A DNA stretch of 64,000 nucleotides from Eledone cirrhosa (GCA_964016885.1 OZ024742.1:95852001-95916000); one strand, 5' to 3'. Counted from the stretch's first letter, positions 1-13,209 are shown. Notes: a model not told the origin generated them from the sequence alone. Numbers and translations: made by a program.

Positions 1-1811
1 CTCAACCAGCCGGGAAAGACGTCTATCAGCGAGTCGAGATTCGCGCTCAGCAGGTGTTTCCTAGAGAAAATTAATTAATTCTACTGGTTAGCTAAGCCAA
101 TGGCAGTGTCAATAGTAAATGAGAAAAGTCTAACATGAACAAAAGGGAATCAAGGTAAGACAATAAATTTAACATAACTACGATTAGAATGTTGTAGTTG
201 CTTAAAAGTGGTGACGGTTAGGATAAACGCAGTACTTGCTAACATTAAGGGAGAATATTGCATAAAGGATTAATCAATTGTGAATGAACTCATACCTGAG
301 AACGCCTAATTCGTTGTCTCAAAGCAGTAGCTGTACCTTTTTTGGAGGTAAGTCTTGAACATTTCCGTGTGGGCATAACGACGTGTAACGAAGCTGTTAG
401 GTTAGAGAGAGGTGATTAAATACAGAGAGAGATGACACCAGATTCGTTAGCATGGTTACTGGTGAATGGGAAGGTTTGGAAATAGGATTACAATAACTTA
501 CCGAATTTTCCCGTCTATAAATTGCACTTAAAATAATTAAATTTAATCAAAAAAGAGCTCTGCGCTTTATACTCCGGTGAGCCTTATGTATAAATAATAC
601 AATGGTAATCAATCACGGCTCTAACAGAAGTAATAGATCTAGACTAAAAGTAAAGAAGATAGCATTTTCTGGTTAGCCTTACACGCCGTTGCGCGGACCT
701 GATTTTAAATGATACGCCTTATATCCTGGTGAGCCTTATAGAGCGGAAAATATCTATTGGAAAAGAATACGAATTCATGACCAAGGTGTGACAAAATAGG
801 CGTCTATACAGCGCCTGAAACAAACTTGTCCAAAACCCTAGGATTTTTCTCGTTAAGTATCCACCCAAAAGGAACCGTTTTTTAGTTACAAAAAATAACC
901 AAAGTGTATAGTAGCTATATTTCTGACATATCATGCCAAAAAGAACAATATATTCAAAAGATGTTCTAAAGTACATTCAATCTCTCTTTTTGACCGATAT
1001 CTTAATAAGCAAGTTATCGATTTTGTATTTGCTGTCAGTGTCTATCTGCATGCAGGTGTGCACATGTGCGCAATTAATTGCAAATACGCTCATAACATTT
1101 AGTCGTAAGCAGAACAAAAAATGCCATTAGAGGTGGGCCAATAATGAAGACACAAACCCTGGTGAACTTACGTTTAAACACCCGAAAAGTTACTCACTTC
1201 CTGTGCAAAAGACTGTATTATAAATTAAGTAATTTTTTAGAATCTTTTGTTTAAAAAAGGAAAACATTGGTACGACGTAAATTTTTTTACTTGTATTGTA
1301 TGTGTACAACACAAGTTGGTCAACGTATTATTTAGTAATTTTTTTTTCAAAAAGCATGATTATTTAAGACTGTTTGCAAATTTACTCACAGCTTTTAGGT
1401 TCACAAAAGACATCATTAAATTTGGTTCCCTTTTGAGATAGGGATAATACTGTATTTCCACTTGAATAAGGTGGAATATGAAAAGAAACTCTTTAATGGT
1501 CGGTCGTTTGCTGAGACAGCTGGGAACACATGCAGCTGGCCGTCCAATCAATAACGCACGTCCTTATATGGCCATATGAAATTTATTTTTATTGCGCGAG
1601 ATGTAAACTAAGAGTTCTTGTGTTCGAATTCACATAAAATTTCATTGGAATCGAAAACATTCTGTCATAGGGACCGATTATCGATCTTTCGAAAATTTCA
1701 AGTAGCCTATTCCACTCTACGCGTTGAGTTTTATATATGTGTGAGGTTTCATGAAAATTGGATGAACGCTGTAGCAGGCAAGTTCGGTACACTAAACAAT
1801 GTCCATCTTCC

Positions 1812-1815
<4 letters not shown>
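1..1815. other. Unclassified non-coding, CpG-containing segment ending abruptly in a (TA)n tract; probably a transposon fragment
   Basis: More complex and richer in CpG than the flanks, no credible ORF, terminates at a TA run like other inserts in the window. Confidence 0.25.
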
Positions 1816-1847
<32 letters not shown>

Positions 1848-2090
1848 TTAGTTATACTATTTATGGTTATGTAAATACAAAACCTTATGCAGTTATAAGT
1901 ATTTTTTATACACACCCTAAATAGTGGTAGGCAGTAATGTATTACTACCTTATTACCAGTAAGTTAAGTAGCTCAATGTAAAAACATCAGATGATTTACA
2001 GAGCAGTTATATGAAATATATATATATATATATTTAGATAAATATATATAGTTATATATATATATATATTTAGTTAATATATATATATAG

Positions 2091-2880
2091 TTAATATTTG
2101 ATGAACATTTACATGTTTTAGTTGCAATCGACTAATAAAATCGCTAGAATGAAATATCTTAATTCAACAACATAAAGTTTGCCTGTACGATCTAAAAAAT
2201 AATAAATCAATACTCACAGACTCATATGGGCAAAAAGCCTTGGTACCTAGACACGTTTAAAATTCAAAATACAAACTTTTTCCGCAGATCGGTCAGAACT
2301 TCAAACTTCAAACATGTTTCACAAAGGATGGTATAATAGTGAAATAATTAACTAATTAGCAGTGAGTTAATCAGCTTTTTCTGTGTTTATCAATAGGTAC
2401 CCAGATAAAATTAAATAACTCCACCTCAGAAAAATATCTAAGGTCTGGTTAGCATAGCGAAAATACACGAGGTTTTGCACACGGCTTATTCCAGTCCTCT
2501 AACGTCCCACACATAGTGCTAGAAATAACAGCCGTTTATAGTTAATTATTTCACTATTATACCATCCTTTGTGAAACATGTTTGAAGTTTGAAGTTCTGA
2601 CCGATCTGCGGAAAAAGTTTGTATTTTGAATTTTAAACGTGTCTAGGTACCAAGGCTTTTTGCCCATATGAGTCTGTGAGTATTGATTTATTATTTTTTA
2701 GATCGTACAGGCAAACTTTATGTTGTTGAATTAAGATATTTCATTCTAGCGATTTTATTAGTCAATTGCAACTAAAACATGTAAATGTTCATCAAATATT
2801 AATTTATTCTGCTCAGAAGCGATTCTTAGAGCTGAAATGATTGTAAATGACCCCATTGAGTCTAAACTCTAAGCTATTTA
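2091..2880. repeat. Fold-back insert with 264-bp inverted arms (2091-2354 / 2539-2802) between TA tracts
   Basis: Arm 2 is the reverse complement of arm 1; I saw one mismatch (gcaatcgac vs gcaattgac). 184-bp spacer; unique 78-bp extension after arm 2. Confidence 0.93.
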
Positions 2881-2924
2881 TATATAGTTATATATATATA
2901 GTTATATATAGTTATATATAGTTA

Positions 2925-4243
2925 GGAGGAGTTTAAGACCGGATGCCCGTGGGAACTCCTGTATGCTGATGACCTCGCACTCATAGCTGAATCTATGGTA
3001 GAACTAGAGAATAAGTTCCAAACTTGGAAGCAGGGACTAGAAAGAAAGGGTCTCAAAGTCAACATGACAAAGACTAAGGTCCTTGTAAGTAGACGAGAAA
3101 ACAGAACCCAGATCCCCTCAGGGAAATGGCCTTGCTCAGTATGTAGGAAAGGTGTAGGTAGGAACTCCATTCTCTGCCCCAAATGCAAACAATGGGTACA
3201 CAAGAGATGTAGCGGGATCTCAGGAAGCTTAATTAAGAATGTAGGATTCACATGCAGCAGCTGTGCTGAGACAGCAAGCAGCAAACAGCCACAGGAAACA
3301 AGTACCACCAATCTCTGGGAGGGCTCTGTAGAAACAGTAGACAGCTTCTGCTACCTAGGTGACCGAATTAGCAGCGGAGGTGGGTGTTCAGAAAGTACAA
3401 TAACTAGGGTAAGAACGGGATGGAAGAAGTTTAGGGAACTACTACCACTGCTAGCTGAAAAAGGCTTCTCCCTCAAAATGAAAGGCATACTGTATGATGC
3501 GTGTATCCGAACAGCAATGTTGCATGGTAGTGAGACCTGGGCGCTGAAGGTGGAAGACTTACGTAGATTAGAGAGAAACGAAGCCTGCATGCTCCAATGG
3601 ATGTGTAACAGTAATATACGTGAACGACAAAGCATAAATGAATTGAGAGAGAGACTGAGCATAAGAGGAATCAAATGCTGTGTGCAGGAGAGGCGGTTGC
3701 GCTGGTATGGACATGTGATGCGTATGAAGGATGACAGCTGCATAAAAAGGTGCAGAGCACTAGAAGTTGATGGAAACCGCGGAGTGGGGAGACCCAAGAT
3801 GACCTGGGATGAGGTGATAAAAGCCGACCTTACCCAATTACACCTCTCAAGGACAATGACACACGACCGTGACTTCTGGCGTCACGCAGTAATACAGAGT
3901 ACCCGACCTCCCATGGGTACAAGCTGAAGCATATAGACAATATGCTCCCCCACCCCCACCCACCCCCACCGCAAGGTGGTCGTGGAGGTGCCACGGCAAA
4001 AAAGCACCCAGCCCACACTGTAAAGTGGACGTGTAGGCGCCACGAAAAAGCACCCAGCACTCACTGTAAATGAGGTTCGTGTTAGGAAGGGCATCCAGCT
4101 GTAGAAATCAAGCCAGATCAGTTCCTGTATGAGCAAGGCATGGTCAGCCGACCAGACACTGCCGACAACAGGACAACCCGTCTAACCCATGCTAGCGTGG
4201 AAGAACGGACGTAAAACGGTGATGATGATGATGATGATGATGA
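2925..4243 (+). mobile_element. 5'-truncated RTE-clade LINE with 3' UTR and (GAT)n tail
   Basis: RT C-terminal ORF, then a 3' UTR with 'gttaggaagggcatccag...aacccatgctagc...ggacgtaaaac' and a (GAT)n tail; inserted in a TA-rich tract. Confidence 0.93.
2926..3927 (+). CDS. RTE LINE ORF2 C-terminal fragment (reverse transcriptase with embedded C4HC3 PHD-like finger)
   Basis: Open frame from EEFKTGCPWELLYADDL through [58 protein letters not shown]. Confidence 0.92.
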   Translation, partial: EEFKTGCPWELLYADDLALIAESMVELENKFQTWKQGLERKGLKVNMTKTKVLVSRRENRTQIPSGKWPCSVCRKGVGRNSILCPKCKQWVHKRCSGISGSLIKNVGFTCSSCAETASSKQPQETSTTNLWEGSVETVDSFCYLGDRISSGGGCSESTITRVRTGWKKFRELLPLLAEKGFSLKMKGILYDACIRTAMLHGSETWALKVEDLRRLERNEACMLQWMCNSNIRERQSINELRERLSIRGIKCCVQERRLRWYGHVMRMKDDSCIKRCRALEVDGNRGVGRPKMTWDEVIKADLTQLHLSRTMTHDRDFWRHAVIQSTRPPMGTS

Positions 4244-4741
4244 GTCAGCATTACAGTCACTAGGGCTTCTTTACTTTTATGATTTTTTGTCTCATTTTAT
4301 ATATCTTTATAGAAATTTTTTTCCATTTTTCTCTGAATATATGTTTGTGTTTATTATTGTTGTTATTTTGTGTGTAAATGATATAATAAATGTTGTCAAA
4401 GATATGCTGTAAATTCTTTTGGGAACTCACTGTATTTTTTGCATTTTTATTTTGTTTTGTTTTTTTGTTACATTAGTTATTGTTGTTGCTTGATTGTTAG
4501 GAATACATTTACTCTTTAAAAAAATTAATAAAAAATTATCCTAAAGTGGGAATCTACATGTCATCTGTTTTTATGTTTTGAAACATTCTGAGAACATCAA
4601 AGATAAATTCAATTGAAGTATACGTGTAATTGACCTGAAACGATTAACACTACCCAGCAACTGTTGAAAACTTTACTCTGGCTTCAGTTGACTGCTCATT
4701 CATTTACTTTCATAATTTACTCAATGTTGTATTAAATATTT

Positions 4742-4773
<32 letters not shown>

Positions 4774-5032
4774 AGGCAAAGGTATGGCTGTGTGGTTAAA
4801 AAACATTTTGCTTTGGTTAATGTCCCACTGTATGGCATCTTAGGCAATTGTTTTTACTATTCTCTCAAGATGACCAATGCCTCTCTTCAATCACTGCAGC
4901 TCACTGTTGAGTTAAATACACGGCATCTAAAATGGATGCAGAACAGTGATGGTGATGATGTATATAGCTAGCATAGAGATGAAATCAGTAAAATGTCTTC
5001 ACTAAATAACAAACTTATGCCAGTGTTTTATG

Positions 5033-5104
<72 letters not shown>

Positions 5105-5187
5105 GTTTATTATTGTTATTATTTTGTGTGTAAATGATATTAATAAATGTTGTCAAAAATATATTGTAGATATATATATATATATAC

Positions 5188-5570
5188 ATGTGTAGTATAT
5201 TTGGCAATATACTGTATGTTTAATTAAAAACATTTTTAAAACCATTCGCTGACTTTTAAAGTAGTGACTATGTCACTTACTTATTCTTGACAAAAACAAA
5301 GGGAGGGTGATTGACAGTCTGTTTCTCACTTGTTAGCATTTATCAAGAGCACACACTCCCTTGCCTTTGCCGAGAATTATAGAAGCTGGATTTTATAGAA
5401 TTCCAGTAATATTTAAGAGCTGATTAAACAGAGAATTGCCAGTCCAGCAAAAATTAGGTATTAGTGTTGGTGCTCTGAAATAGTAATATATACAGGAATG
5501 TATGTGTAGTATATTTGGCAATATACTGTATGTTTAATTAAAAACATTTTGAAGACCATTTGCTATGAGT

Positions 5571-5572
<2 letters not shown>
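5188..5572 (-). mobile_element. TA-embedded insert with ~60-bp direct repeat (5188-5246 / 5502-5560) and a hammerhead-like motif
   Basis: Direct repeat 'atgtgtagtatatttggcaatatactgtatgtttaattaaaaacatttt'; flanked by TA tracts. Confidence 0.55.
5307..5352 (-). ncRNA. Hammerhead-like motif, U3-A8 core, imperfect stem I
   Basis: Minus strand: gtgctc TTGATAA a tgct aaca agtg a GAAAC agact GTC aatcac, within an extended gggag/ctccc helix. Confidence 0.5.
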
Positions 5573-5614
<42 letters not shown>

Positions 5615-5615
<1 letters not shown>

Positions 5616-5816
5616 CGAAGGAAAAGTGGTAAGGAACCAGGTGGACCATAACGCACCAAAGTACTCAATACTTAGGGTAGTAGAGTGGGTAATAGGAGTA
5701 AGTAAGACCCCGACGGCTGAGCTCAAGCCGTTTCGATGGCTAATTCTGTACTGAATTAGCCGTACAGAATTAGCCGTCGAAACGGCTTGAGCTCAGCCGT
5801 CGGGGTCTTACTTACT

Positions 5817-5821
<5 letters not shown>
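5615..5821 (-). mobile_element. Family-A short insert (Penelope-like 3' end) with fold-back arms 5692-5751 / 5762-5821
   Basis: Homologous to 22843-23209, 31473-31532 and 42258-42386. Carries the hammerhead 3' half GAAACGGCT-loop-AGCCGTC; TA flanks on both sides. Confidence 0.85.
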
Positions 5822-5896
<75 letters not shown>

Positions 5897-6323
5897 TGTA
5901 GGTCTGTATGTATGTATGTATATTAAGGAAGAGATGGAAATTTCAGTTCAACATATTTTATAATCACATGTAACATGTGTTTTGCAAATGACCAGACCAG
6001 AGCTTCAGTCAATGCAATCAGCTCAATAGATTTGCTCATCAGATGCAATGCAGATGAAAATCAGAATATGATTCTCTCATCAACAGGGTATCATTCAACT
6101 TCATTATCACCGTATAACATCTATTTTCCACGCTATCATAGATTAGAAAACTTCTTTCATTGTGAGACAAGCCAGGTCAGATGACCATGCCCTGCTCATA
6201 CAGAACTGATTTGGGCTTGGCTTCTACAGCTATATTATCTTCCTAATGACAACCACATTTACAGTGCGAACTGGGGACTTGGGTGGTGCAGGTACTGATG
6301 GATTAGGAATGTAGATCTTTTTC

Positions 6324-6380
<57 letters not shown>

Positions 6381-6389
6381 AGTTTTCCA

Positions 6390-6451
<62 letters not shown>

Positions 6452-6894
6452 TATTTATTAATATAACAGATTAAAGTTTAAGCAAAGAATCGCTGCTTTA
6501 CCTTTAACAGGATCTTCTGAAACTAAAAAAATTAATCTGTGAACGCAGAAGCAAATATTTCGAAAAATGTTGCAACCGATGGACAACAGGAAGACGAAAC
6601 TTTGGTTCGTGAAGACGTTCAAACAAAACCACGTTTATGGTATAAATGGAGTCTTTGCGTGTATTTGTTCTCATCACTCCACATAACGATGTATTATCTT
6701 TGCTTTTTTCTGTTCATTGCCAGGGAACGTCTTCACGATCCAAAGTATCGTCTTCCTGTTGTCCTTCGGCTGCAACGTTTTTCAAAATATTTACTTCTGC
6801 GTTCACAGATTGATTTTTTTAGTTTCAGAAGATCCCGTTAAGGGTGGAAGCAGCTATTCTTTGCTTAAACTTTAATCTGTTATTTTAATAAATA
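6452..6894. repeat. Fold-back element with ~170-bp diverged inverted arms (6452-6620 / 6725-6894)
   Basis: Arms are reverse complements with scattered mismatches; 'tcagttttccaaga' is duplicated at 6379-6392 and 6909-6922 outside the TA flanks. Confidence 0.88.
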
Positions 6895-6989
6895 TATATA
6901 TATATATATCAGTTTTCCAAGAGATATCAACACAAATTTTTTCCATTTCCAACCTGCCATCCCCTCAATCTATCTTATTTCTCATTCTT

Positions 6990-7025
6990 TCTTCTGATGA
7001 AGGACTAGCATCCGAAACGCCAAGA
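6990..7025 (+). ncRNA. Minimal type I hammerhead motif (cleavage triplet mutated)
   Basis: tctt CTGATGA a gga ctagca tcc GAAAC gcc aaga; GCC replaces the expected GTC. Confidence 0.65.
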
Positions 7026-7125
7026 CCCTCTTCCTATTATTTCAAGCGTTAACCTAATATATTCATTCCATATACTGTAGCAACTGTGTTGTTATTTCTG
7101 TTTACCTTTTACATACATATATATC

Positions 7126-7492
7126 TCTGGCGTCACACAGTAATACAGAAGACCCGACTTCCCATGGGAACAAGCCAAAGTATATAGGAAATATGCCCCC
7201 ATCCCCTCCCACTGCAAAGTGGTTGTGGAGCTGTCACGACAAAAAAAGCACCCAGACCACATCATAAAGCGGATGTGTAGGCGCCGCGGAAAAAAAGCAC
7301 CCAACACTCACTGTAAATGAGTTTGGTGTTAGGAAGGGCATCCAGGTGTAGAAATCAAGCCAAAATCAGTGCCCATATGTGCAAGACAGGGTCAGCCGAC
7401 CTAACATTGACCACAACAGGACAACCCGTCTAACCCATTCTAGCATGGAAGAATCGACATAAAACAGTGATGATGATGATGATGATGATGAT
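7126..7492 (+). mobile_element. RTE LINE 3' end (UTR and GAT tail)
   Basis: Collinear with about 3876-4243. Confidence 0.88.
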
Positions 7493-8905
7493 ATATATAC
7501 ATATATATCCTTCTCTGGAAAACATTACTTGTGTTCACATCTGGAGAGCAGGTGGTCTCCGCTAGGTTTAAAATGTCCAAGAAACACTGTTTATCACTAC
7601 AGTGCCTATCTTAACTCCATCAGAATTTGTTACATGTCTACATATACACAAACTTCCATATGGCATATTTCATCTTGATAGATTCAATTTAAAACCCTGT
7701 ATTTTTCAATCTCATTCATCCCTTACTTACATTCTTTAACTAGCTCTTTAATTATTTTAACTAGATACGGTCAACCCATGCTAGCATGGAAGATGGACCT
7801 TAAACGATGATGAGGATGATGATGATGATGACAGTCAACTACTTGTTTCTATAGCAAAGTAAATAAAGTAAATACAAACTCCTGAAACATTTTACAGAAA
7901 CACTGTGAATGGTTTTACAAAAGAAAAGGTTTATCCTCAGATGAAAGACCTTATCCAATTACTTTCATGAGATAGGAATTTGCTAAATATATCTAAGGAC
8001 CAGGTGGTGATGCCAAAGGCCTGTGAATTAGTTATTAAGGTGTTCAGCTCTAAATTGTAAGGTCATGAGTTCAATCCAACCCCCACCTTCTGGCAGCGTG
8101 TTGTGTCCTTGTGCAAAATATTTTAGTTCACTCAGCTGGAAAAATAAAATGTGTGGTTTTGTTTAATAGCTCCAAAGCTGCTTTCAAATGGCTTTGTAAT
8201 GAAAGAGTTAATGGCACACATGTCTGTGGAATGTTAACCACTTATATATTAATTTCACTAGCCTGCTGTTCTGTTGATCAAACAGCTGGAACACTTGGTG
8301 ACAGAACCAGTGGAGGTTCCACAGCAGGAACAAGGTGTAAAACCTGACAACGGATTAAAGTCAGCCACCTAAGCACAACTTGATGTGAATACACAAACAC
8401 ACATACAAAGACATTTACAGTTCATGATTCGCATTTTTCTATATAGAATTTATCAAAAATTATATTCATTATCCCAAAATTAGCCCCATTATCACCAGCT
8501 TAATATATATACGTTGTTTTTAAGTTGCCAATGAAAAGGAAACTGAAAGGAAAGGAAAACTGATAAAATGGCCAGTTTAAAATGACAGACAGTAAAGTGA
8601 ACATGAATGGCAAATGAGGACAATCTATTTTCATTCCTCATGAATTTCAGAAAATACAAAATAAGACAAAATAGAGGAGGAAATATGAAAAGTAATGAGA
8701 GCAAAATATAAAGACAAGAGAAAAAGTTGCTGTTTAATATTATGGAATGTATCAAAAGAGAGTATTCATCATGATAGGCTAGAGGATATTTTGAAATCTG
8801 GCGATAATATATATTTTATGCATAACATTGCTGTTGGGGCACTGAGTATGTCTATGTGGATGAGAGTATGTATGTGTATGTGGTGGTGAAAATCTAAGTA
8901 AAAAT

Positions 8906-8923
8906 AATACATATATATATATA

Positions 8924-8982
<59 letters not shown>

Positions 8983-9083
8983 CATGTATATATATATATA
9001 CATGTATATATACATGCATATATATATGTATATGTATATATATAGATGTATATATATATATGTATATATATATATGTATATAT

Positions 9084-9114
<31 letters not shown>

Positions 9115-9117
9115 AAC

Positions 9118-9148
<31 letters not shown>

Positions 9149-9311
9149 AACGTGTATATATATATATACATTTATATATATATATATACATGTATATATA
9201 TATATGTATATATATATGTATATGTATATATATATACATGTATATGTATATATATATATGTGTATATATATACATGTATATGTGAAGATAGACATAGAGC
9301 ATTTATACATG

Positions 9312-9368
<57 letters not shown>

Positions 9369-9720
9369 CATATACATATATATATGTATACATGTATATA
9401 TATAGATAGAGGGGGATAGTGAGGAGGAGGGAGGGAGGAGAGTGAGATAAATATTATATATGTATGTGTGTTTGAAGATATGCATACATATTTAGATATG
9501 TGCATATTTGACGATTTTTTTGCAGGATTTCATTATGTATGATGCGTAGGCTGCATATATAAAAAACATGTATACATAGATATACATACATATATAGATA
9601 CATACATATATACATACATATATATATATATATATCAAATGTACTTATATTCTAACATTATATTTACATATATATATACATACACATATATATATATATA
9701 AACACATATATAAACACACT
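8906..9720. repeat. Long interrupted (TA)n/(TACA)n microsatellite
   Basis: Seen directly. Confidence 0.95.
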
Positions 9721-10067
9721 TCTATATACATGAATGTGCACATTTATATAGATATATTTTAAATATGTGATAAGAATTCCTCTTGTTATGGGAGATTCAG
9801 CTTCAAAATAAAGATATCTAAAAGGCCCACCACAAAAAGATAACAGAACCTTCTATCTTCTCTCATTTTATTTGATTTGATTTTTCTTCTTAGTTTTCAT
9901 TTTTACCTTTTTGTGCACCACCACCACCATCATCATCATCAAAATCATCATTGTCGTGATCTTATTCTTTTCCTTCCTTATCTCCTTCCTTTTTTTTCTG
10001 TCTTTGATTTCATTTCATTTCGTTTCATTTTTTTTATTTCTTTCTCATTCTGCTTCTTCTCATTCAG

Positions 10068-10082
10068 GCTGAATGAGACATG
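10068..10082 (+). other. Candidate 15-nt microexon (alternative donor gives 26 nt, to 10093)
   Basis: Long pyrimidine tract ending cattcag|GCTGAATGAGACATG|gtgagt, with a second consensus donor TTG|gtaagt 11 nt downstream. Confidence 0.35.
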
Positions 10083-10381
10083 GTGAGTCGTTGGTAAGTT
10101 TCAGGGGTTACATAAATCCAAAGTCGAAGCCTTCCAGCTTTTGCTTACAATTAACGCTCCATTGAACAAACTATGAAAAACGGAGAGGACAAGTCTTATC
10201 AGCCAATAGTTATTACAAGAAGCAATGGAACGAAATATCTCCAATATTTTCTTCTGCTCTTTCTTTTCTTTCTTTCCTTTCTTCTTCCACTACTTCTTCT
10301 TCTTATCCTCCTCCCGCCCCTCCTCTTGCTCCTCCACATCATCCCCTCCTCCCCACTCCTCATTTTCTCCCTTCTGCCTCA

Positions 10382-10478
10382 TTCTTCTTCTTCTTCTTCT
10401 TCTTCTTCTTCTTCTTCTTCTTCTTCTTCTTCTTCTTCTTCTTCTTCTTCTTCTTCTTCTTCTTCTTCTTCTTCTTCT
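10382..10478. repeat. (CTT)n microsatellite
   Basis: Seen directly. Confidence 0.95.
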
Positions 10479-10617
10479 CCAACCATGTCTCCAGAAGTAT
10501 TAGGACATTTTTTGTTCATTACATTCCGCTATTTTGTTATTGTTTTCTTTTTTTTTGTGTGTGGTGTTGATGCTGATGATGGTGGTGATGGTAGTGCTGG
10601 TTATAATGATGGCAGCA

Positions 10618-10824
10618 GTGTTGGTGGTTGCAGTGTTGGGGCTGGTTGTTGTGGTGGTGGTGTTGGTTGCAGTGGTGGGGCTGGTTGTTGTGGTGGTGGT
10701 GTTGGTTGCAGTGTTGGGGCTGGTTGTTGTGGTGGTGGTGTTGGTTGCAGTGTTGGGGCTGGTTGTTGTGGTGTTGGTTGCAGTGGTGGGGCTGGTTGTT
10801 GTGGTGGTGGTGTTGGTTGCAGTG
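10618..10824. repeat. ~36-bp GT-rich minisatellite, 5-6 units
   Basis: Unit ggtgttggttgcagtg(t/g)tggggctggttgttgtggt. Confidence 0.9.
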
Positions 10825-13209
10825 ACGTATGTATGTGTGGTAGCAATATTTATGGATTTATTTTTAATTTGGTTTTATTTATTTATTTATATTGTTATTT
10901 TTTTCGCTCTTTAAACAGAAGAAATCTAAATGTAATTCTGGACAAAGCATTGGTTAAAAGAAATAACAAAAACAAAAACAAAATCTGTCTGTCTGTTTGT
11001 CTGTCTCATGTTTGTGTGTTTGTCTGTGTATTTGACCATTGATCTAGCTGTCCTTTTTTTTCTTCACCCTCTATATCTCATTCTTTCTCTTCTCTCTTGC
11101 TGCCTGTCATTCTCTTTTTCACTCAATCTCCACTCTTTCTCTTTCACCTCTCTTTCTCTCTGTTGCCCTTGGTCTATTTCTCTTTCATTCCTTCATTCTT
11201 ATCTCTCTGTGACTCCTTCTTTTTCTCCTCTCTGTGTTTCACCTTCTCTCTGTGGCTTTCCTTCTCTTTGTCCTTCTTTCTCCTTTCTCACTATCCTTCC
11301 CTTTCTGCCTCTCTCTCTCTCTCACTCTCTCTCTCTCTCTCTCCCCTCTCTTACATTCATTGTCAACTTAAGAATGAAAATGGAAATGTGAATGAATGAG
11401 GAATGAAGGATGAGAGATATATGACAATATAGGGAGGTAGTGGTGTACATGGATAGGTTGGATTCATTTGTCAACTTTGTAGTAAATATCATTGGTAGAT
11501 ATGATGTGATTGGTACTTGAGATTCTCTAGATAATGAAACATGCAATGTATTTCTACACAAAACTAACATAGAGGAATACACTTTCCGTAGCTGTATTAC
11601 ATGCACACTCACACACATACACAAACCTATTCATATCCACATACTGACATAAGCACACAGGAACACACACATACATACCTAGTACTAACTTACTAAAACA
11701 CAACACACATATACACACACAAACAAACATGTAAACTCGTAAACATAAACACTCACACATGGAAACGTGCACACATGTCCACACATATGCACACGAAAGC
11801 ACACATACTTATACTGAGAACTAATTACACACAGAGACTCACTCTCTCACACTCAAGCAGACTCTCACACACATCGCTTACACATAAACACACATGCCGA
11901 GAAATGGATGTCTCCATGTGTTAAACTTATCATTTTACATCTAGCAATGGCATCTAGCTATACAAAAAAAAAATGGCATAATGTTTGTGAGGACTATTCA
12001 GCTGTGTCATGGACACAGCAGCCTCTCTTGCTATGATAAATGCATCAGTGTACTCTGTAATGTGGTTGGTGTTAGGAGATGCCTCTAGTTTTAAATCCCA
12101 TGCCAGAAAGATGGAGAGTACACTTCAGTCATGGACATGGCAACATCTCTAGCAGTGGTGCTATGAAAAATGCCCTAGTATACTTTGCAAAATGGCTGAT
12201 GTTAGGAAAGTTATGCAGCTGTAAAATTCATACCAAAATGATTAAGGGGGCTCTTGAGTCACATCACAGTCATGGAAACCACTCTAGTGTTGATATCATC
12301 ATAAATGCACTCGGTACACTCTGTGAAGTGGCTTGTGTAATGAAGAACATCCAAATGTAAAGAGCAAGCCAAAAATGCTGAGAGGATTTTTCGGCCATGT
12401 CACAGAAAGAACAGTCTCTCTCATACTAGAGTCACGATAAATGTGGTTGTTGTTAGGAAGGACATCCAAATATAAAAATATACCCATGCAAAAACAAAAA
12501 TGGGTGAAAGAAATAGAATTGGAATAGTTGTTTAACATAAAGAATAAAAGGTAGTTGAGTACCCAAATATTGGTGCAGAAATGGCTATATTTTCTAGAGT
12601 TTGTGACCACATTGTTTTGTGTTTAATCCTACTGTGTGGCACTTGAGGCAAGTGTCTTCTGCCATAGCCTTATGAGCGAAATTTGGTTGAAACTGTTGTG
12701 GATGTCTGCTATATAGGGTTGTGAGTACCCTCCTTCAGTTTGAGAACCAGTGATTTAGGTCTAAATGGAATAAAGAGTTTGAACGAGAGTAATACAGGAA
12801 TTGTAGAAAGTTATAGCTAAATTCATCGAAACTCACTATCATCGTCATCATCATCATGCCCATTAGATGCAGAAACATATCTTAGTAACTATTTTTCCAT
12901 ACATGACTAAAATGAGTCTAATCGACCAAATCACTCCTTATTTTGAACCTCTAACACCTCAGTTGTGAGACCTGATACACTTAGATCCAGCCACAGCACT
13001 TCTATCTATATTTCTTCTTTTCATCTTCCTCAACTATAGACATATAAAACTACTGTCAGTATATGTTAATTTTTCACTTGTCATTTACTGTCAATACACA
13101 TTATATTTCCATAACAGCAAAGACCTCTCCTTTACTGCTCAACTGATCAATTTCATATTTTTATATTCAGCTGCTCTCTCAGCTCACACTTATATATATA
13201 TATATATAT

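Noticed and set aside
3351-3797. Antisense ORFs over LINE and Penelope coding regions (also 27031-27489, 63362-63829)
   Set aside because: Shadow frames of the real transposon ORFs.
8769-9505. Long YIYI-rich ORFs here and at 23.6, 27.9, 59.6 and 63.7 kb
   Set aside because: (TA)n translates without stops; these are microsatellite artefacts.
10173-11042. 289-aa ORF with poly-Ser and Gly/Cys repeats resembling a structural protein
   Set aside because: Built from a (CTT)n run and a GT-rich minisatellite that are open in several frames; no coding signature.
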